Shown: positions 1 to 11,020 of the stretch, one piece after another
Numbering within the stretch: position 1 is the stretch's first letter
Layout: the number at the start of each line of letters is the position of its first letter
NCBI GenBank assembly: GCA_963729045.1
Contig: CAVSMN010000018.1
Coordinates: forward strand, 64,001-128,000
Direction of reading: 5' to 3'
DNA: 64,000 nt
From: an uncultured Nitrososphaeraceae archaeon
GTDB lineage: Archaea > Thermoproteota > Nitrososphaeria > Nitrososphaerales > Nitrososphaeraceae
Notes under the pieces: model-generated
What the model saw: only the letters and a program-made list of their open reading frames with translations
What the model was told of the DNA's origin: nothing
The model's database searches: none
Translations under genes and position numbers: made by a program

Positions 1-610
1 TAAAAGATGTAAAGAAATTTGATAACTATTACTGCCGGACTATAATAATATTGATTCTTCAGAAGCTAGGTTTTTGTGAATCAGAATCTAGATACATGTT
101 GCACTCATTACCACTAGAATGACTGCTACTACAGTATTAGAGAAACAAGTTTCAACAACAAAGGATAGTAAATAGTGGGTTGCTCCGTCGTTACTACCAG
201 ACGATAGTTATCTTGTTCATCTATTTCCATTAGATACTATCCTTTGTTTGTTTTCATCAATCTACTATTTGACAATACCGCTTTACTCGCGTCCCTTGAT
301 AAATGATATACATGAACCTGTTACATACCTTTCCTCTTGGTTTTTGAATGCATTTGCGATCGTAATGACAAAGTTCCAAATGAAAATAGAATAAGAAGAT
401 GGATAGAAATTCATCCATGATATGGATCCATACGGAAGCATATTGGTCGTATTACCTTTCTGCTAATAGACGGTTCCAATTATCTCTTAAATAAAAAATG
501 ACGACAAAAAGCTACTTACTATCTTTTGTAAAAAAATACTAATTCAAAATAAAATGATAATGTATGTATTGCTATAAATACACAGATAGTCATGTTGTTT
601 TAGATTACTT

Positions 611-1471
611 GTGGGAACCAGAAGTATTTGGAACGGCAGTATTTCATTTGGGTTAGTAAACATTCCAATAAAGTTATTTACAGTATCTGATAGCAGTAAC
701 GAATATTCGTTTAACCAGTTGGATGAAAAAGGACATAAAATTCAGTATAAAAGATGGTGTCCAATAGAGGAAAAAGAAATCCCGTATGAAGAGATAAAAA
801 AAGGGTACAAGATTGCAAAGGACGAATATATAATAATAGAAAAAGAAGATTTGGATAAAATTAAAGCAGAAACTACTAAAACAATTGACATCAAAGAATT
901 TATTGACATCAAAGATTTTGACACTATTCTTATCGAAAAGAGTTATTATGTCTCCCCTTTTACGGATAAAACAAGTGGAAAAAGAAAAAGCAAACAAAAA
1001 GAAAGTGTTGTATCGGCTTCTACCAAGGCCTATAGATTATTTGTTAGTTCCCTTAAAGAAACAGACAAAATCGCAATAGGAAAGGTTGTGTTAAAAGATA
1101 GAGAACATGTGGTTGCCATTCGTCCATATCAAAGGGGTATGGTAATGCATCAACTAATGTACCAAGAAGAGATAACACCAATAGATGAAATAGACGGAAT
1201 GCCGGGGTCTGAATCTTCTGCATCTTCGGTACCTATAGATGAGAAAGAATTGGAACTTGGGAGAATGTTAATAGGAAATTTGACTAGTTCACAATTTGAC
1301 CAGACACAATATTCGGATGAATATACAAAACAATTAGAAAAAATGGTAACTGCAAAATCTAAAGGGATCACATACAAAACTGAAGAAAAAGAAGGTTTAG
1401 TGGATACTAGTAATAACCTATTAGAGGCTTTGAAAGCAAGTGTTCAAAGAAGCAAAACTGTCAAGAACTAA
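611..1471 (+). CDS. ku: Ku DNA end-binding protein (prokaryotic NHEJ)
   Basis: N-terminus RSIWNGSISFGLVNIPIKL, EIKKGY, TIDIKEF, YYVSP and C-terminal NLLEALKASV match prokaryotic Ku; adjacent to ligD. Confidence 0.95.
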   Translation: MGTRSIWNGSISFGLVNIPIKLFTVSDSSNEYSFNQLDEKGHKIQYKRWCPIEEKEIPYEEIKKGYKIAKDEYIIIEKEDLDKIKAETTKTIDIKEFIDIKDFDTILIEKSYYVSPFTDKTSGKRKSKQKESVVSASTKAYRLFVSSLKETDKIAIGKVVLKDREHVVAIRPYQRGMVMHQLMYQEEITPIDEIDGMPGSESSASSVPIDEKELELGRMLIGNLTSSQFDQTQYSDEYTKQLEKMVTAKSKGITYKTEEKEGLVDTSNNLLEALKASVQRSKTVKN

Positions 1472-1584
1472 TGCAAAATATGAACAAAAAAATCTTGCCG
1501 GGTATATCTGCCTTAGAAGAAGAAGTTGATGTAATAGTACATCTTTTTAATGAAGTTAGTTATTGACAGGTTGTTATATTTTTC

Positions 1585-4566
1585 TTAAACTTTGAAATCG
1601 GAAATGCGTTCAAGAATTTCTTCAAGATTTTGCTTGTGTGATAAAATATCCTTCCATGGATCTATTTTTCTCTTATAAAGGTCAGGTACTGTCTTTATTG
1701 TAAAATCGGTAGGGATAATGTCTACCAGTTCTTCCCATATTAGTGGAACTGAAACCGTCGCATCTTCTACCGGTCTTGTTGAAAAAACAGACGCCAGTGT
1801 TTTCCCAATAGAATTTTGATTATAATCTAAAAATACTTTTCCTTTTCTATCCGTTGTTTTCCATTCTGTAGTAATTTGACCAGGATTGCGTTTATTCAGG
1901 ATTTGAGATATTACTCGGGCAAATTCCCTCGTTTGCTTGTATGTATACATGTTAATTACTGGTAGGAATATGTGCAATCCTGTTTTTCCCGAAGTTTTAA
2001 CATATGATTTTATATTCAATTCATTAAAAATATCTTCCAAACCTAGAGCAATTTCCACTGTCGTTCTAAAAGCAGCTAAACTATAGGCTGGTTCCTTTGA
2101 TTCATTTTTATTATCAATGTTTATGTATGGATCCAAATCAAAAACTATAAAATCTGGATAATTTAATCCACATTCTTCCGTTTCTATTACATCCATTTTA
2201 TTGCATTGATCATAATCATTAACCCGACTATTCCATGGATGTATTTCAATACATCCCAAATTCACAAGCCATAGTAAAGTTTCCTTGTTATTACATACTA
2301 TATAGTTGATCTCATCATTATTTGATTCTGAATATACCTTTACTGTTCTAACATAGTGTGGTTTTATATTTTTCCAATCCTTTTGATAAAATGCTTTTCC
2401 ATATATTCCATCTGGATACCTACTAAGAGAGATGGGCCGGTCTTTAAGATAAGGTAGAAGAAGTTCGCTTATTTTATCGTAGTATTCCATTAAATCTCCT
2501 TTTGTAATAGCTGGACGATATTTTGTTGCGCTCCAAAACTCCTTTTTCAAATTGGAAAATTGTTGGTCAAGTTTAGTTATGGGATCACCGTTCTTATTAT
2601 TGGTTATTTTTAAGTCATTATCATCTTCATCCTTCTCTATGGTATCTGCAAACTTTGAATTTGTAAGACTTGAAATTTCAATGACACATTGGTATGGCGG
2701 CTTGTCTTCTCTAATTCTTAGAAATATAGGTGCCCGCATTATCTTGTTACAGGTCCAATTATTGAATTTCACTTCTACTACTGTTATGGGTCTTACCCAT
2801 ACTGTTTCCCTGTTAAGATATGGAATGTAATCAACAGGACAATATGGAATTTCTATTTCTCTTAGTTTTTTATGAATTAAGGAGAGGCTTTCAAAACTAA
2901 ATCCACTACCCGTATGACCTATGAATCGTAAGTTACTAATGTTATTTTTGGAATTGTCATTATTATTATTGGTATTAGTATGAATATCGTTTTGAGTATT
3001 ATCGATTGCCGCAAGTAAGAGAGATCCAAAATAATTCTTTCGGTTGCCTTCACCCCTTGTATAGCCTATCACCAAACAGTCCTGGGTTTTGATATTTTTT
3101 ATTTTAAGCCAGTCTCTTGTACGGATACCAGAATGATATTTGCTGTTCCTCTGTTTTCCAATTATCCCTTCCAAGCCCATCCTCTTTATGGTCTGAAAAA
3201 CATCTATCCCAAATTCCTCGACAAAGTCAGATATTCGTATTTTTGAGTTCTCTTTCTTAACCAGGTTGACTAGTATCTTTCTTCTTTCTGCAAATGGTAG
3301 CTGCATGAGGTTATTGTTGTCTAAACATAATATGTCGAACACATAATAAACTGCCGGATAATGTTCAGACAAAATTTCAATACTCTTTATAGAATCAACA
3401 TTCATCCTTTTTTGATGGTTTTGAAAATCGGGGTATCCATCATTATCTAAAATAACAATTTCCCCATCCAATATGACAAAGTCTTTGAACATATCTTCTT
3501 TTAGGGCACTTTTAAAAGTGTTCTCAAGTTCAGGATAGCGTTGAGTAATAGTATCACCTACACGTGATTTAATCGTGCAAGTTTTATTTAGCCTATCCAC
3601 AAGAGTGATAGCCCTTACCCCATCCCACTTTATTTCAAATATCCAATCCTTATTGTTAAATGGTTTATCCGTAAGAGACGGTAACATAGGTTTTATTCCT
3701 TCAAAGCACATTTGTTTTAAGGATCGATTAGCAGATGCCAGATTCATAGTGTCAAGACTATGATCCTCCAATTTATCCAGTATATCTGGATTCTCTGGGA
3801 TCTCCGCAGAGTATTTTATGATATTGTTGTCAACTTTTACATCTTTTTTTAGAGTCTTGCTGGATTTGTATTGCATTAAATCTCTATTTTTTTTGCCTGT
3901 TAACACCGATTCAGGTCTACTCTCTGTTATTTCTTTTTCACCATTCGTGTCGCCGTTGTTTGAGCCACAAGCAAAATCATCCTTTAATTTAATTAATAAC
4001 CACTGATTTTTGGTCCTAGTTTTCACCAAAGAAAATTTGCCTCTTAATTTCTGTCCATATAATACAAACGTAATCTTTCCATATTTTTTTTCTAGCTCAG
4101 ACACGTCTAAACCTTCTGGGATATCCTCTTGGTGTTCTTTCGCAGAATATTTCGTTAAAGATCTTTTTTCCAAGCTGTATTCACCAATATCCCATACTAT
4201 TACAGTTCCAGCACCGTAGTTTCCTTCAGGGATAACTCCTTCAAATGACAAGTAATCCACAGGGTGATCTTCTGTTTGTATTGCCAACCTCTTTATGGAT
4301 GGATCCAGCGATGGTCCCTTAGGGACGGCCCAGGATAAGAGAACATCCTCCTTAATAGATTCCAATCTAAAATCATAATGCAATCTTGTCGCTTCATGTT
4401 TCTGGACCACAAACCGAGGTCTTGATTTTGATTGGTTAAGATCGTCAGTTGAGATGATTGCATCGCCTGGAGCTGGAAAATTTTCTTTACTCAGATTGTT
4501 ATTTCCAATGGGCTCAGGAGATGCCTTAAAATTCCTTTTCTTCCTGTACTCGTCTAACATGTCCAA
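1585..4566 (-). CDS. ligD: LigD multifunctional NHEJ enzyme: phosphoesterase - ATP-dependent ligase - primase/polymerase
   Basis: PE motifs HYDFRLE, SWAVPKG, EDHP, YGAG; ligase EIKWDGVR, LDGEI, EGIIGK, WLKIK; Pol RYPDG..FYQK, FDLDP, KTSGKTGLH, DYNQN. Confidence 0.95.
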   Translation of the reverse strand: MDMLDEYRKKRNFKASPEPIGNNNLSKENFPAPGDAIISTDDLNQSKSRPRFVVQKHEATRLHYDFRLESIKEDVLLSWAVPKGPSLDPSIKRLAIQTEDHPVDYLSFEGVIPEGNYGAGTVIVWDIGEYSLEKRSLTKYSAKEHQEDIPEGLDVSELEKKYGKITFVLYGQKLRGKFSLVKTRTKNQWLLIKLKDDFACGSNNGDTNGEKEITESRPESVLTGKKNRDLMQYKSSKTLKKDVKVDNNIIKYSAEIPENPDILDKLEDHSLDTMNLASANRSLKQMCFEGIKPMLPSLTDKPFNNKDWIFEIKWDGVRAITLVDRLNKTCTIKSRVGDTITQRYPELENTFKSALKEDMFKDFVILDGEIVILDNDGYPDFQNHQKRMNVDSIKSIEILSEHYPAVYYVFDILCLDNNNLMQLPFAERRKILVNLVKKENSKIRISDFVEEFGIDVFQTIKRMGLEGIIGKQRNSKYHSGIRTRDWLKIKNIKTQDCLVIGYTRGEGNRKNYFGSLLLAAIDNTQNDIHTNTNNNNDNSKNNISNLRFIGHTGSGFSFESLSLIHKKLREIEIPYCPVDYIPYLNRETVWVRPITVVEVKFNNWTCNKIMRAPIFLRIREDKPPYQCVIEISSLTNSKFADTIEKDEDDNDLKITNNKNGDPITKLDQQFSNLKKEFWSATKYRPAITKGDLMEYYDKISELLLPYLKDRPISLSRYPDGIYGKAFYQKDWKNIKPHYVRTVKVYSESNNDEINYIVCNNKETLLWLVNLGCIEIHPWNSRVNDYDQCNKMDVIETEECGLNYPDFIVFDLDPYINIDNKNESKEPAYSLAAFRTTVEIALGLEDIFNELNIKSYVKTSGKTGLHIFLPVINMYTYKQTREFARVISQILNKRNPGQITTEWKTTDRKGKVFLDYNQNSIGKTLASVFSTRPVEDATVSVPLIWEELVDIIPTDFTIKTVPDLYKRKIDPWKDILSHKQNLEEILERISDFKV

Positions 4567-4722
4567 TTCATTGTAATCGAATATCTTTGAATAATTGGAA
4601 AACTATAAAATAAACATATAGATACATTTTATGACTTAATGGTAGAATATAAGATCTAAAGAAGTAGAATAACTAGCATTTCTAATTCGGTTTAAAAAGA
4701 TCCACTCCATTTCATAGGTCAA

Positions 4723-4947
4723 CTACAAGGCTTTATTCTGGTTGTTCAACTTATTCATATATAGACTAAAAAAAATAAATCCACCAAATCCTAACAACAT
4801 CATTCCTGCAAACATAAAAAACAAAAGATAGAAGGCACCCATTAACCAATAGGCAGTAAAAATAAATCCCATAATGATAAAAAAGAAGGATAAACAGTAT
4901 AAGGCAATCGTTCCCAAGTTGTTTTTAAAATTGTCTCGTCTACTCAT
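4723..4947 (-). CDS. Small two-TM membrane protein
   Basis: 74 aa with two hydrophobic stretches; ATG start. Confidence 0.6.
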   Translation of the reverse strand: MSRRDNFKNNLGTIALYCLSFFFIIMGFIFTAYWLMGAFYLLFFMFAGMMLLGFGGFIFFSLYMNKLNNQNKAL

Positions 4948-5088
4948 TTTGCAGTTTACTCTTTTTCTTATGTATATTATCAGCTATTAACATTGCATCA
5001 TTCATAGACTTGAAGATATATCCTTATTTATTATTGAAAGAAAATATGGTTATTACATATAAGACTTTCAAATGAATCATAAAGTTTG

Positions 5089-5505
5089 TTAGTTTGATGA
5101 AAGTTCTGATCCGCAAGTATTGCAATATTTCGAATCTGTAAGGTTTATTACTTTGCAATTTAGACATTCGATACTAAATCTATTTTCAAATTCCTTTTGA
5201 ACTCTATCAGAGGCAATAGATTCCATGTTATTAGCAAATTCATCCATCATTGTTTTGCATATTGAACCAAGAAAAATTGATGTAAATGGATCAGCGGCCA
5301 GGTGATATTTACCCCCCTCGCGTTTTTGTACATTTATTGAAATTTCAGCAAACTCTCCCTCATGAAGACCTAGATGTTTAGTTGAATATAGTTTGTCAAG
5401 ATTTGACTCTATTTTATGAAAGAAATAATATTCTTGAGGATAATTTTTCCTAAACCAATCGGTAAATTTTCTCCTTGATTCTTCACTAGGCATTTCACAT
5501 AACAT
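5089..5505 (-). CDS. Hypothetical protein with C-terminal zinc ribbon
   Basis: CLNC...KYCNTCG at the C-terminus. Confidence 0.7.
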   Translation of the reverse strand: MLCEMPSEESRRKFTDWFRKNYPQEYYFFHKIESNLDKLYSTKHLGLHEGEFAEISINVQKREGGKYHLAADPFTSIFLGSICKTMMDEFANNMESIASDRVQKEFENRFSIECLNCKVINLTDSKYCNTCGSELSSN

Positions 5506-6029
5506 CTAGAAACGAAAATATTTAAAAGATCAACTTTTAGACCTCAATATTGGATATTAGTGAGATTATTTTTCAAGTAATTGTATCATTAATGATAATA
5601 TTCGATTAATTATTTATTTTTTCGATTTAAAAAAATTAGGCAGGTATTGACCCTTCTTCTACCTTTCCAATTTCTGATTGTTGCTGGGATATCTTCTTTT
5701 CCTTCTTTATCATTTTCTCTTGTTCTTCTTTCTGAGGTAATTCATATTCAAAGCACATACATTATCTTAGGAAACATCATTTATATAATTAGTATTGAAA
5801 GAGAAAAAACAAGGGAATTTTAGGCTTAGGTAGAGGATAGAATTATCAAATCCATCTTACAAGACAAACTATGAATTTTCACCGAGTTCCAGATCTAGTT
5901 TCGATATTATGGTTGCATTTGTATCGGTACCAATGTTTGTATGAATATAAATCCAAAAGATCTGTTGATGATTAATGTTACTATCATTGGCGGATTCATT
6001 TTTTAAGCTAAAAAGATGCTTTTAATACA

Positions 6030-6176
6030 TGAAATATTCCGAATATTTTCACTAAGGGTATGGAGTTTTTGCCCCGATTATAATCACAGAATCAAGCAAC
6101 TTAATTTGCTTTTTGTCTTTGAGTTTACCTTTCACATATTCTGTTAACCTATAATCAGTTGAAGGTTTGATCTTAT
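6030..6176 (-). pseudogene. Decayed HisKA (histidine kinase) fragment
   Basis: Broken minus-strand frames give LTEYVKGKLKDKKQIKLLDSVI and KLHTLSENIRNIS, aligning with LTEYVRDKTKDVHHMELLDRVV..KLSYLNEKILDVT of the neighbouring kinase. Confidence 0.65.
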
Positions 6177-6446
6177 TGGTAGATATCACTCATTAAAAAG
6201 AGTGCAAAGTGTACCACATGAAGACAAATACTGTTGTTATTAGTTTGGATTTCTTGAATAGTTTAAACAGTGTTTGTTAATTCAATTCTAATTAACTAAC
6301 TAGAATGACATTCATAGTTATTCATTTTCGTTTTACTAATTTGGATTAAGAAATTCACTTTCTATTTGTTATTGGCATATTAAATGTCTCAGATCAATGA
6401 ACTTTGTTATTATTTTTATATACAACATCACTATTTACTATAGTAG

Positions 6447-8162
6447 TTGAATATCTCTGAACAAACTACACTTCGTAATCGAAAAACTGATTTGATATAT
6501 GATATGGATACTGCAGTAAGTTACGGAATTCGTTTTTTAGAGAATGTCAGTGAGAGAATGGACATTTGCGTAGATAAGAATGGACCTTCTATAATCATAA
6601 AATCAGATATTTATAAGAGTAATTATATTAAAGCAAAAAATCGGGGTGCAAAAATCAGATTCATCACAGAGATTACAAAAGATAATATTCAATACTGCAA
6701 AAAGCTAGGTGAAATTGTAAGTGAACTCAGACATCTTGATGGAGTGAAGGGATCTGTATGTGTAAATGATTCGGAATTTTTAGGCATGTCAACTTGGAGT
6801 GAAACAAAACTTTTGAATCCTGTTATATACAGCAATGAAAGAGAAGTAATAGAACAACAACAATACATATTTGAAATGTTTTGGAAAAAGGCTGAACCTC
6901 TTACACAAAAACTAATGGAAATAGAAGAGGGAATTGTTCCCGAAGTTATGCAATCCAGGAATAGTCCTGTAGACATTCAAAATAAAGTCTTTGATCTTTT
7001 AAAGTCTGCTGAATCTGAAATACTGGTAATAATGTCTACTTCAAAAGCATTTCATAGACAGGCTGAATCAGGTACTTTTCAGTTATTAAAGGAGTTAGGA
7101 GATGCTAAACCATGGATAATTATTAAAATTCTAACTCCAAAAGATAATGAAATGGAGAGGCTGATAACAATACTAAATAAACCTAATTTTATAATCCGAT
7201 GCATTGAACCACTATCTAAAGTGTCAATACTGGTAATAGATAGAAAGCAGTCTCTCGTTGCGGAAACTAAAGATGATGCAAAACAAATCATATCAGAGGC
7301 TGTCGGATTTGTAACCTATTCAAATAGTGCACCCACAGTACTATCCTATGTAGCAATATTTGATAGTATTTGGAAACAAACAGAGATCTATCAGGAACTA
7401 AAAGATGCACATGAAAAATTAAAAATTCATGACAAAATGCAAAAGGAATTCATAAACATAGTGGCTCACGATTTAAGAACGCCTCTTACTCCAATCATCG
7501 GACTGACTGAGTATGTGAGAGATAAGACAAAAGATGTACATCATATGGAATTACTGGACAGAGTAGTAAAAGATGCAAAGAAATTATCCTATTTGAATGA
7601 AAAAATTTTGGACGTTACTAGATTTGAAAGTAAATTATTTAAACCAAATAAAGAGGTTTTTAGCCTTAATGAATTGATAGTGACCGTAATTAAAGAATTA
7701 GAACACATCTTGGATGATACAAAAAAAATAAAATTTGAATGCCATTTTGATACCGAATATCTAGTGGATGCGGATAGCAGAAGAATAGGACAAGTAATTT
7801 CTAATTTAATTGATAATTCTATTAAATCAATTTCAGAACAAGATACAGGGAGAGGAGTTATATCAATAACTACAAGTATTGAAAAGATAACTAGTACCAT
7901 TACCACTTCCAGAGACGACCATTACCCTCAACATATGGTTATTGTTAGTATAAAAGACACAGGTATTGCATTAGATAATGAGATATTACCTAGATTGTTT
8001 ACCAAATTTGCGACAAAGTCTTTTCAAGGTACAGGACTGGGATTGTATTTATCGAAAAATATTATAGAAGCGCACGGAGGTAAAATCTGGGCTGAAAATA
8101 ATAAAGATGGAATCGGAGCCACCATTTCGTTTAATTTACCTTTAACAAATAAAATAATCTAA
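6447..8162 (+). CDS. Cytoplasmic sensor histidine kinase with duplicated TrmB/PLD-like N-terminal domains
   Basis: H-box AHDLRTPL, N-box NLIDNSIK, DTG, F-box LFTKF, GTGLGL, HGGKIW. Confidence 0.92.
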   Translation: MNISEQTTLRNRKTDLIYDMDTAVSYGIRFLENVSERMDICVDKNGPSIIIKSDIYKSNYIKAKNRGAKIRFITEITKDNIQYCKKLGEIVSELRHLDGVKGSVCVNDSEFLGMSTWSETKLLNPVIYSNEREVIEQQQYIFEMFWKKAEPLTQKLMEIEEGIVPEVMQSRNSPVDIQNKVFDLLKSAESEILVIMSTSKAFHRQAESGTFQLLKELGDAKPWIIIKILTPKDNEMERLITILNKPNFIIRCIEPLSKVSILVIDRKQSLVAETKDDAKQIISEAVGFVTYSNSAPTVLSYVAIFDSIWKQTEIYQELKDAHEKLKIHDKMQKEFINIVAHDLRTPLTPIIGLTEYVRDKTKDVHHMELLDRVVKDAKKLSYLNEKILDVTRFESKLFKPNKEVFSLNELIVTVIKELEHILDDTKKIKFECHFDTEYLVDADSRRIGQVISNLIDNSIKSISEQDTGRGVISITTSIEKITSTITTSRDDHYPQHMVIVSIKDTGIALDNEILPRLFTKFATKSFQGTGLGLYLSKNIIEAHGGKIWAENNKDGIGATISFNLPLTNKII

Positions 8163-9030
8163 AATAGTTCTTGATGTATGTTTCTATTTTAAAGGTTAAA
8201 CAATTAATAATTCGCGACGGTTTTTACATGGAGAAATAATCACACTCGACAAGTGATTATGACTAAACTTTAGTCTACTGATTTAAATTTGTTGGTAACT
8301 TCTGTATCATCATCATAAATCTAGTTTATGACCTCAAATATGACTTGCTAATTCTATATAAGAATAAAGGTTTTCTGTCACAAGATGTACAAATTAAATG
8401 TAATATAAAATATAAAATTTTGCCATATCATAATTACTATTATATCGTCATGGGCCGCGGGTTGCCTTTGTTCCTTTTCCTTGTTGTAATTATAACTTGG
8501 AGTTTGGTTCTTTTTATCATCCCGTAAATATTTGAGAAATATATTTTATATATGTTTTATCACAAAACATCAATACATTCAAACATATGATTTCTTTTAT
8601 GTGAAAAAAATTAGCAATATTTAGTAAATTATTCAAAAATATACATTAGTTAAGGAGCCATCATTTGGTCACATCTATTACTCCATTTTCTATTAATATG
8701 GAAGTAAACGAAATACGAAAATTATAGGAAAGAGACTTGGATGACATACGTGTCCTACTCCTTCAGAAATGATATGGAGAATCTTTTTTATTAAGAGTAA
8801 AATCTTCGTTGCGTTATTTATCATTTTTATCAATTCATGATTTAAGATGAAAGAAGTCCGTAGTCGACGAAAGTATTTGATCAAATATTAGAGGATTTAA
8901 CAGGAGGATCATTAACAGGCACGCAGTCATGTTCATACTGTTGATGCCACGTCAAACTTGACATCTAAATTAATTTGATAAAGTCTAAATTATATAAACC
9001 TGAAGATGACAAGTTTATCCTAACCGCCTA

Positions 9031-9267
9031 CTAAAAATTATCATTTTCTGGTGCCCCATTAAAAGATTTACAATTAGGACATTGCAATATTATGTCGCGA
9101 TAATTATAAACCATTACATTTTCTGCCAAGACAAATCCACAATATCCACAAATGTGGGATTCTAGTGCGATCCCTTTGAACAAAACATCTTTATCATCCA
9201 AAGTAAAAGTTGTATTCGTCTCTGTGTTTGGTGGCGATATGACTTGTAGTTTAACTATTTTAGTCAC
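9031..9267 (-). CDS. Small zinc-finger protein
   Basis: CGYCG and CPNC motifs in 78 aa. Confidence 0.7.
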   Translation of the reverse strand: MTKIVKLQVISPPNTETNTTFTLDDKDVLFKGIALESHICGYCGFVLAENVMVYNYRDIILQCPNCKSFNGAPENDNF

Positions 9268-9515
9268 ATGACATTCATTTACATTATCGGATTTAAGGCA
9301 TCCTTATTTTTCTTATAAAGAAAGATAATCGAACAATAATACTTCAGTCATGATGATTTATTCGGACATTTAGATCTACCTGATTCTGTGTATATGCTGT
9401 TGACATGATTTTTTTTCTATAACAGGTTTAGTTATTACTCGCCCGTAGGGACCAACTTCCTTGTTTTATTGGGATTTTATCCAAAGAAAAAAAAGATTGT
9501 GTCAGCTAAGTAAAA

Positions 9516-10514
9516 TCACGACATGTTTAACAATTCCTTGGCTTCGTAGAAAGCAGATAATTCTTTTGATATATGATCAGCGAAAATTCCAAGTAATTCA
9601 AATTCAATAGGTGACAGAGTCTTTTTACTAAACATTGCCAGTACTCCTATAGGTTTTCCAGCATGGGTTATTGGATAACCTGCAAATGATCTCAGCTTTT
9701 CTTTTTCCGCCCATATGGGATACTTAATTCTGGGATCGTTTACTACATCATTTGTAATGACTGGTTTATTTCTCTTAACAATTGTGCCTATTTTGCTGTT
9801 TAACTTTATTGATACTTTCGAAAACTCGCCGTTGTTGTTTCTGTATTTTCCTGAGCTGAATTTTAAGATAAGATTTATGCTATCTTTATCTAACAACCAC
9901 ATTCTTGCAAATGTAGCATCAAAATATTTGACCAAGCTGTCTACTGTGAGTTGAAGCTTTGTGTTGAGATTTTCTGATTTCCTTAATGAATTTATTATTT
10001 TGTAAATTCTGAATTTCTTTTCGTTGGATTCTTGTTCGTCTAATATAGAATAAGGAGTTGCTTTTATGATTTTAGAATCATAAGTTCGATATTCTGAAAC
10101 CAACTCTGTAAAGCGGTTGATAAAATTATCACTTTCTAATTCATATTGTTCTATGGAATCAAAAACAAAATGACATATGAAATCAAAGTCTCCACTCATT
10201 CTAGCAGAAAACAAACAGAAATCTGAATTTTCAATGTATTTGTTTAATCTTTCCAGGAGGTCAGAAGTATTTCTAGTAATTTTGAATTTTAATAGAATGG
10301 TTCTGCTTATTTTATCCGAGATAAGAGATGGATTGAAGATGGGCGAATATCCCAAAATAGTATTAGATTGCTCTAACCTTTTTAACCTATATCGTATAGC
10401 TCTCTCCGTTATTTTATGTTCCATTTGTCGAATATGGTCTGCAATTTCAGCCACAGGTATACGAGCATTTTTACTTAAATCAGAAAGAATTACTTTATCG
10501 ATTTCATCAATCAT
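9516..10514 (-). CDS. Lrp/AsnC transcriptional regulator fused to a C-terminal GAF domain
   Basis: IDEIDKVIL..NARIP..AIRYRLKRLE HTH; SGDFD RAM motif; GAF motifs PVITNDV.NDPR, SFAGYPI, IGVLAMFS. Confidence 0.9.
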   Translation of the reverse strand: MIDEIDKVILSDLSKNARIPVAEIADHIRQMEHKITERAIRYRLKRLEQSNTILGYSPIFNPSLISDKISRTILLKFKITRNTSDLLERLNKYIENSDFCLFSARMSGDFDFICHFVFDSIEQYELESDNFINRFTELVSEYRTYDSKIIKATPYSILDEQESNEKKFRIYKIINSLRKSENLNTKLQLTVDSLVKYFDATFARMWLLDKDSINLILKFSSGKYRNNNGEFSKVSIKLNSKIGTIVKRNKPVITNDVVNDPRIKYPIWAEKEKLRSFAGYPITHAGKPIGVLAMFSKKTLSPIEFELLGIFADHISKELSAFYEAKELLNMS

Positions 10515-10546
10515 CTTTATGACAAACTAAGATAAATTGATCTTTA

Positions 10547-10625
10547 TTTCTATTTCGGAAAAAATAGAAAATCTAGCTGTCCTGTCCATCAGAAAGGCTC
10601 CATAACATTATTTCCGTTTCAGAAA
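10547..10625. promoter_or_regulatory. Candidate Lrp-type operator: three 15-bp boxes
   Basis: TTTCTATTTCGGAAA (10547), CCTGTCCATCAGAAA (10581), TTTCCGTTTCAGAAA (10611) in the divergent intergenic region. Confidence 0.45.
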
Positions 10626-10682
10626 TATTGTGACATTTTTGTTTCAATGAAGAATATTACTTGGACTTTCGTATAATATATC

Positions 10683-10994
10683 ATGCAACTAGATTTGTTT
10701 GAAATTGACAGAGTAATTGATGATATGGCAAGGGGATATGCGGCTCCATGTGCTACAACATGGTTTAAGGTAACAAACAACAAGAATCCTACAAAGGAAG
10801 AGTATAGAAAAAAGGTGGTGGAATTTATGAAACATTTCGAATATGTTTTGGCTAATCTGTATCCTTCAAATACACAAACAGAATATCTCAGAGATTACGT
10901 AAAAGGTGGATTAAGAAAAGCAATCCATAGCATAAATAGTGGAAACAATAAAGAAGTAGAAAGACGCTATACATACTATACAGATTATTGCTAA
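10683..10994 (+). CDS. Hypothetical protein
   Basis: 103-aa ATG ORF divergent from the Lrp-GAF gene. Confidence 0.7.
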   Translation: MQLDLFEIDRVIDDMARGYAAPCATTWFKVTNNKNPTKEEYRKKVVEFMKHFEYVLANLYPSNTQTEYLRDYVKGGLRKAIHSINSGNNKEVERRYTYYTDYC

Positions 10995-11020
10995 TCTTCA
11001 AAATAAAAGGTAGACAGAAT

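Noticed and set aside
1..470. Possible decayed coding sequence on the minus strand
   Set aside because: Only short peptide-like stretches between many stops; no family can be assigned
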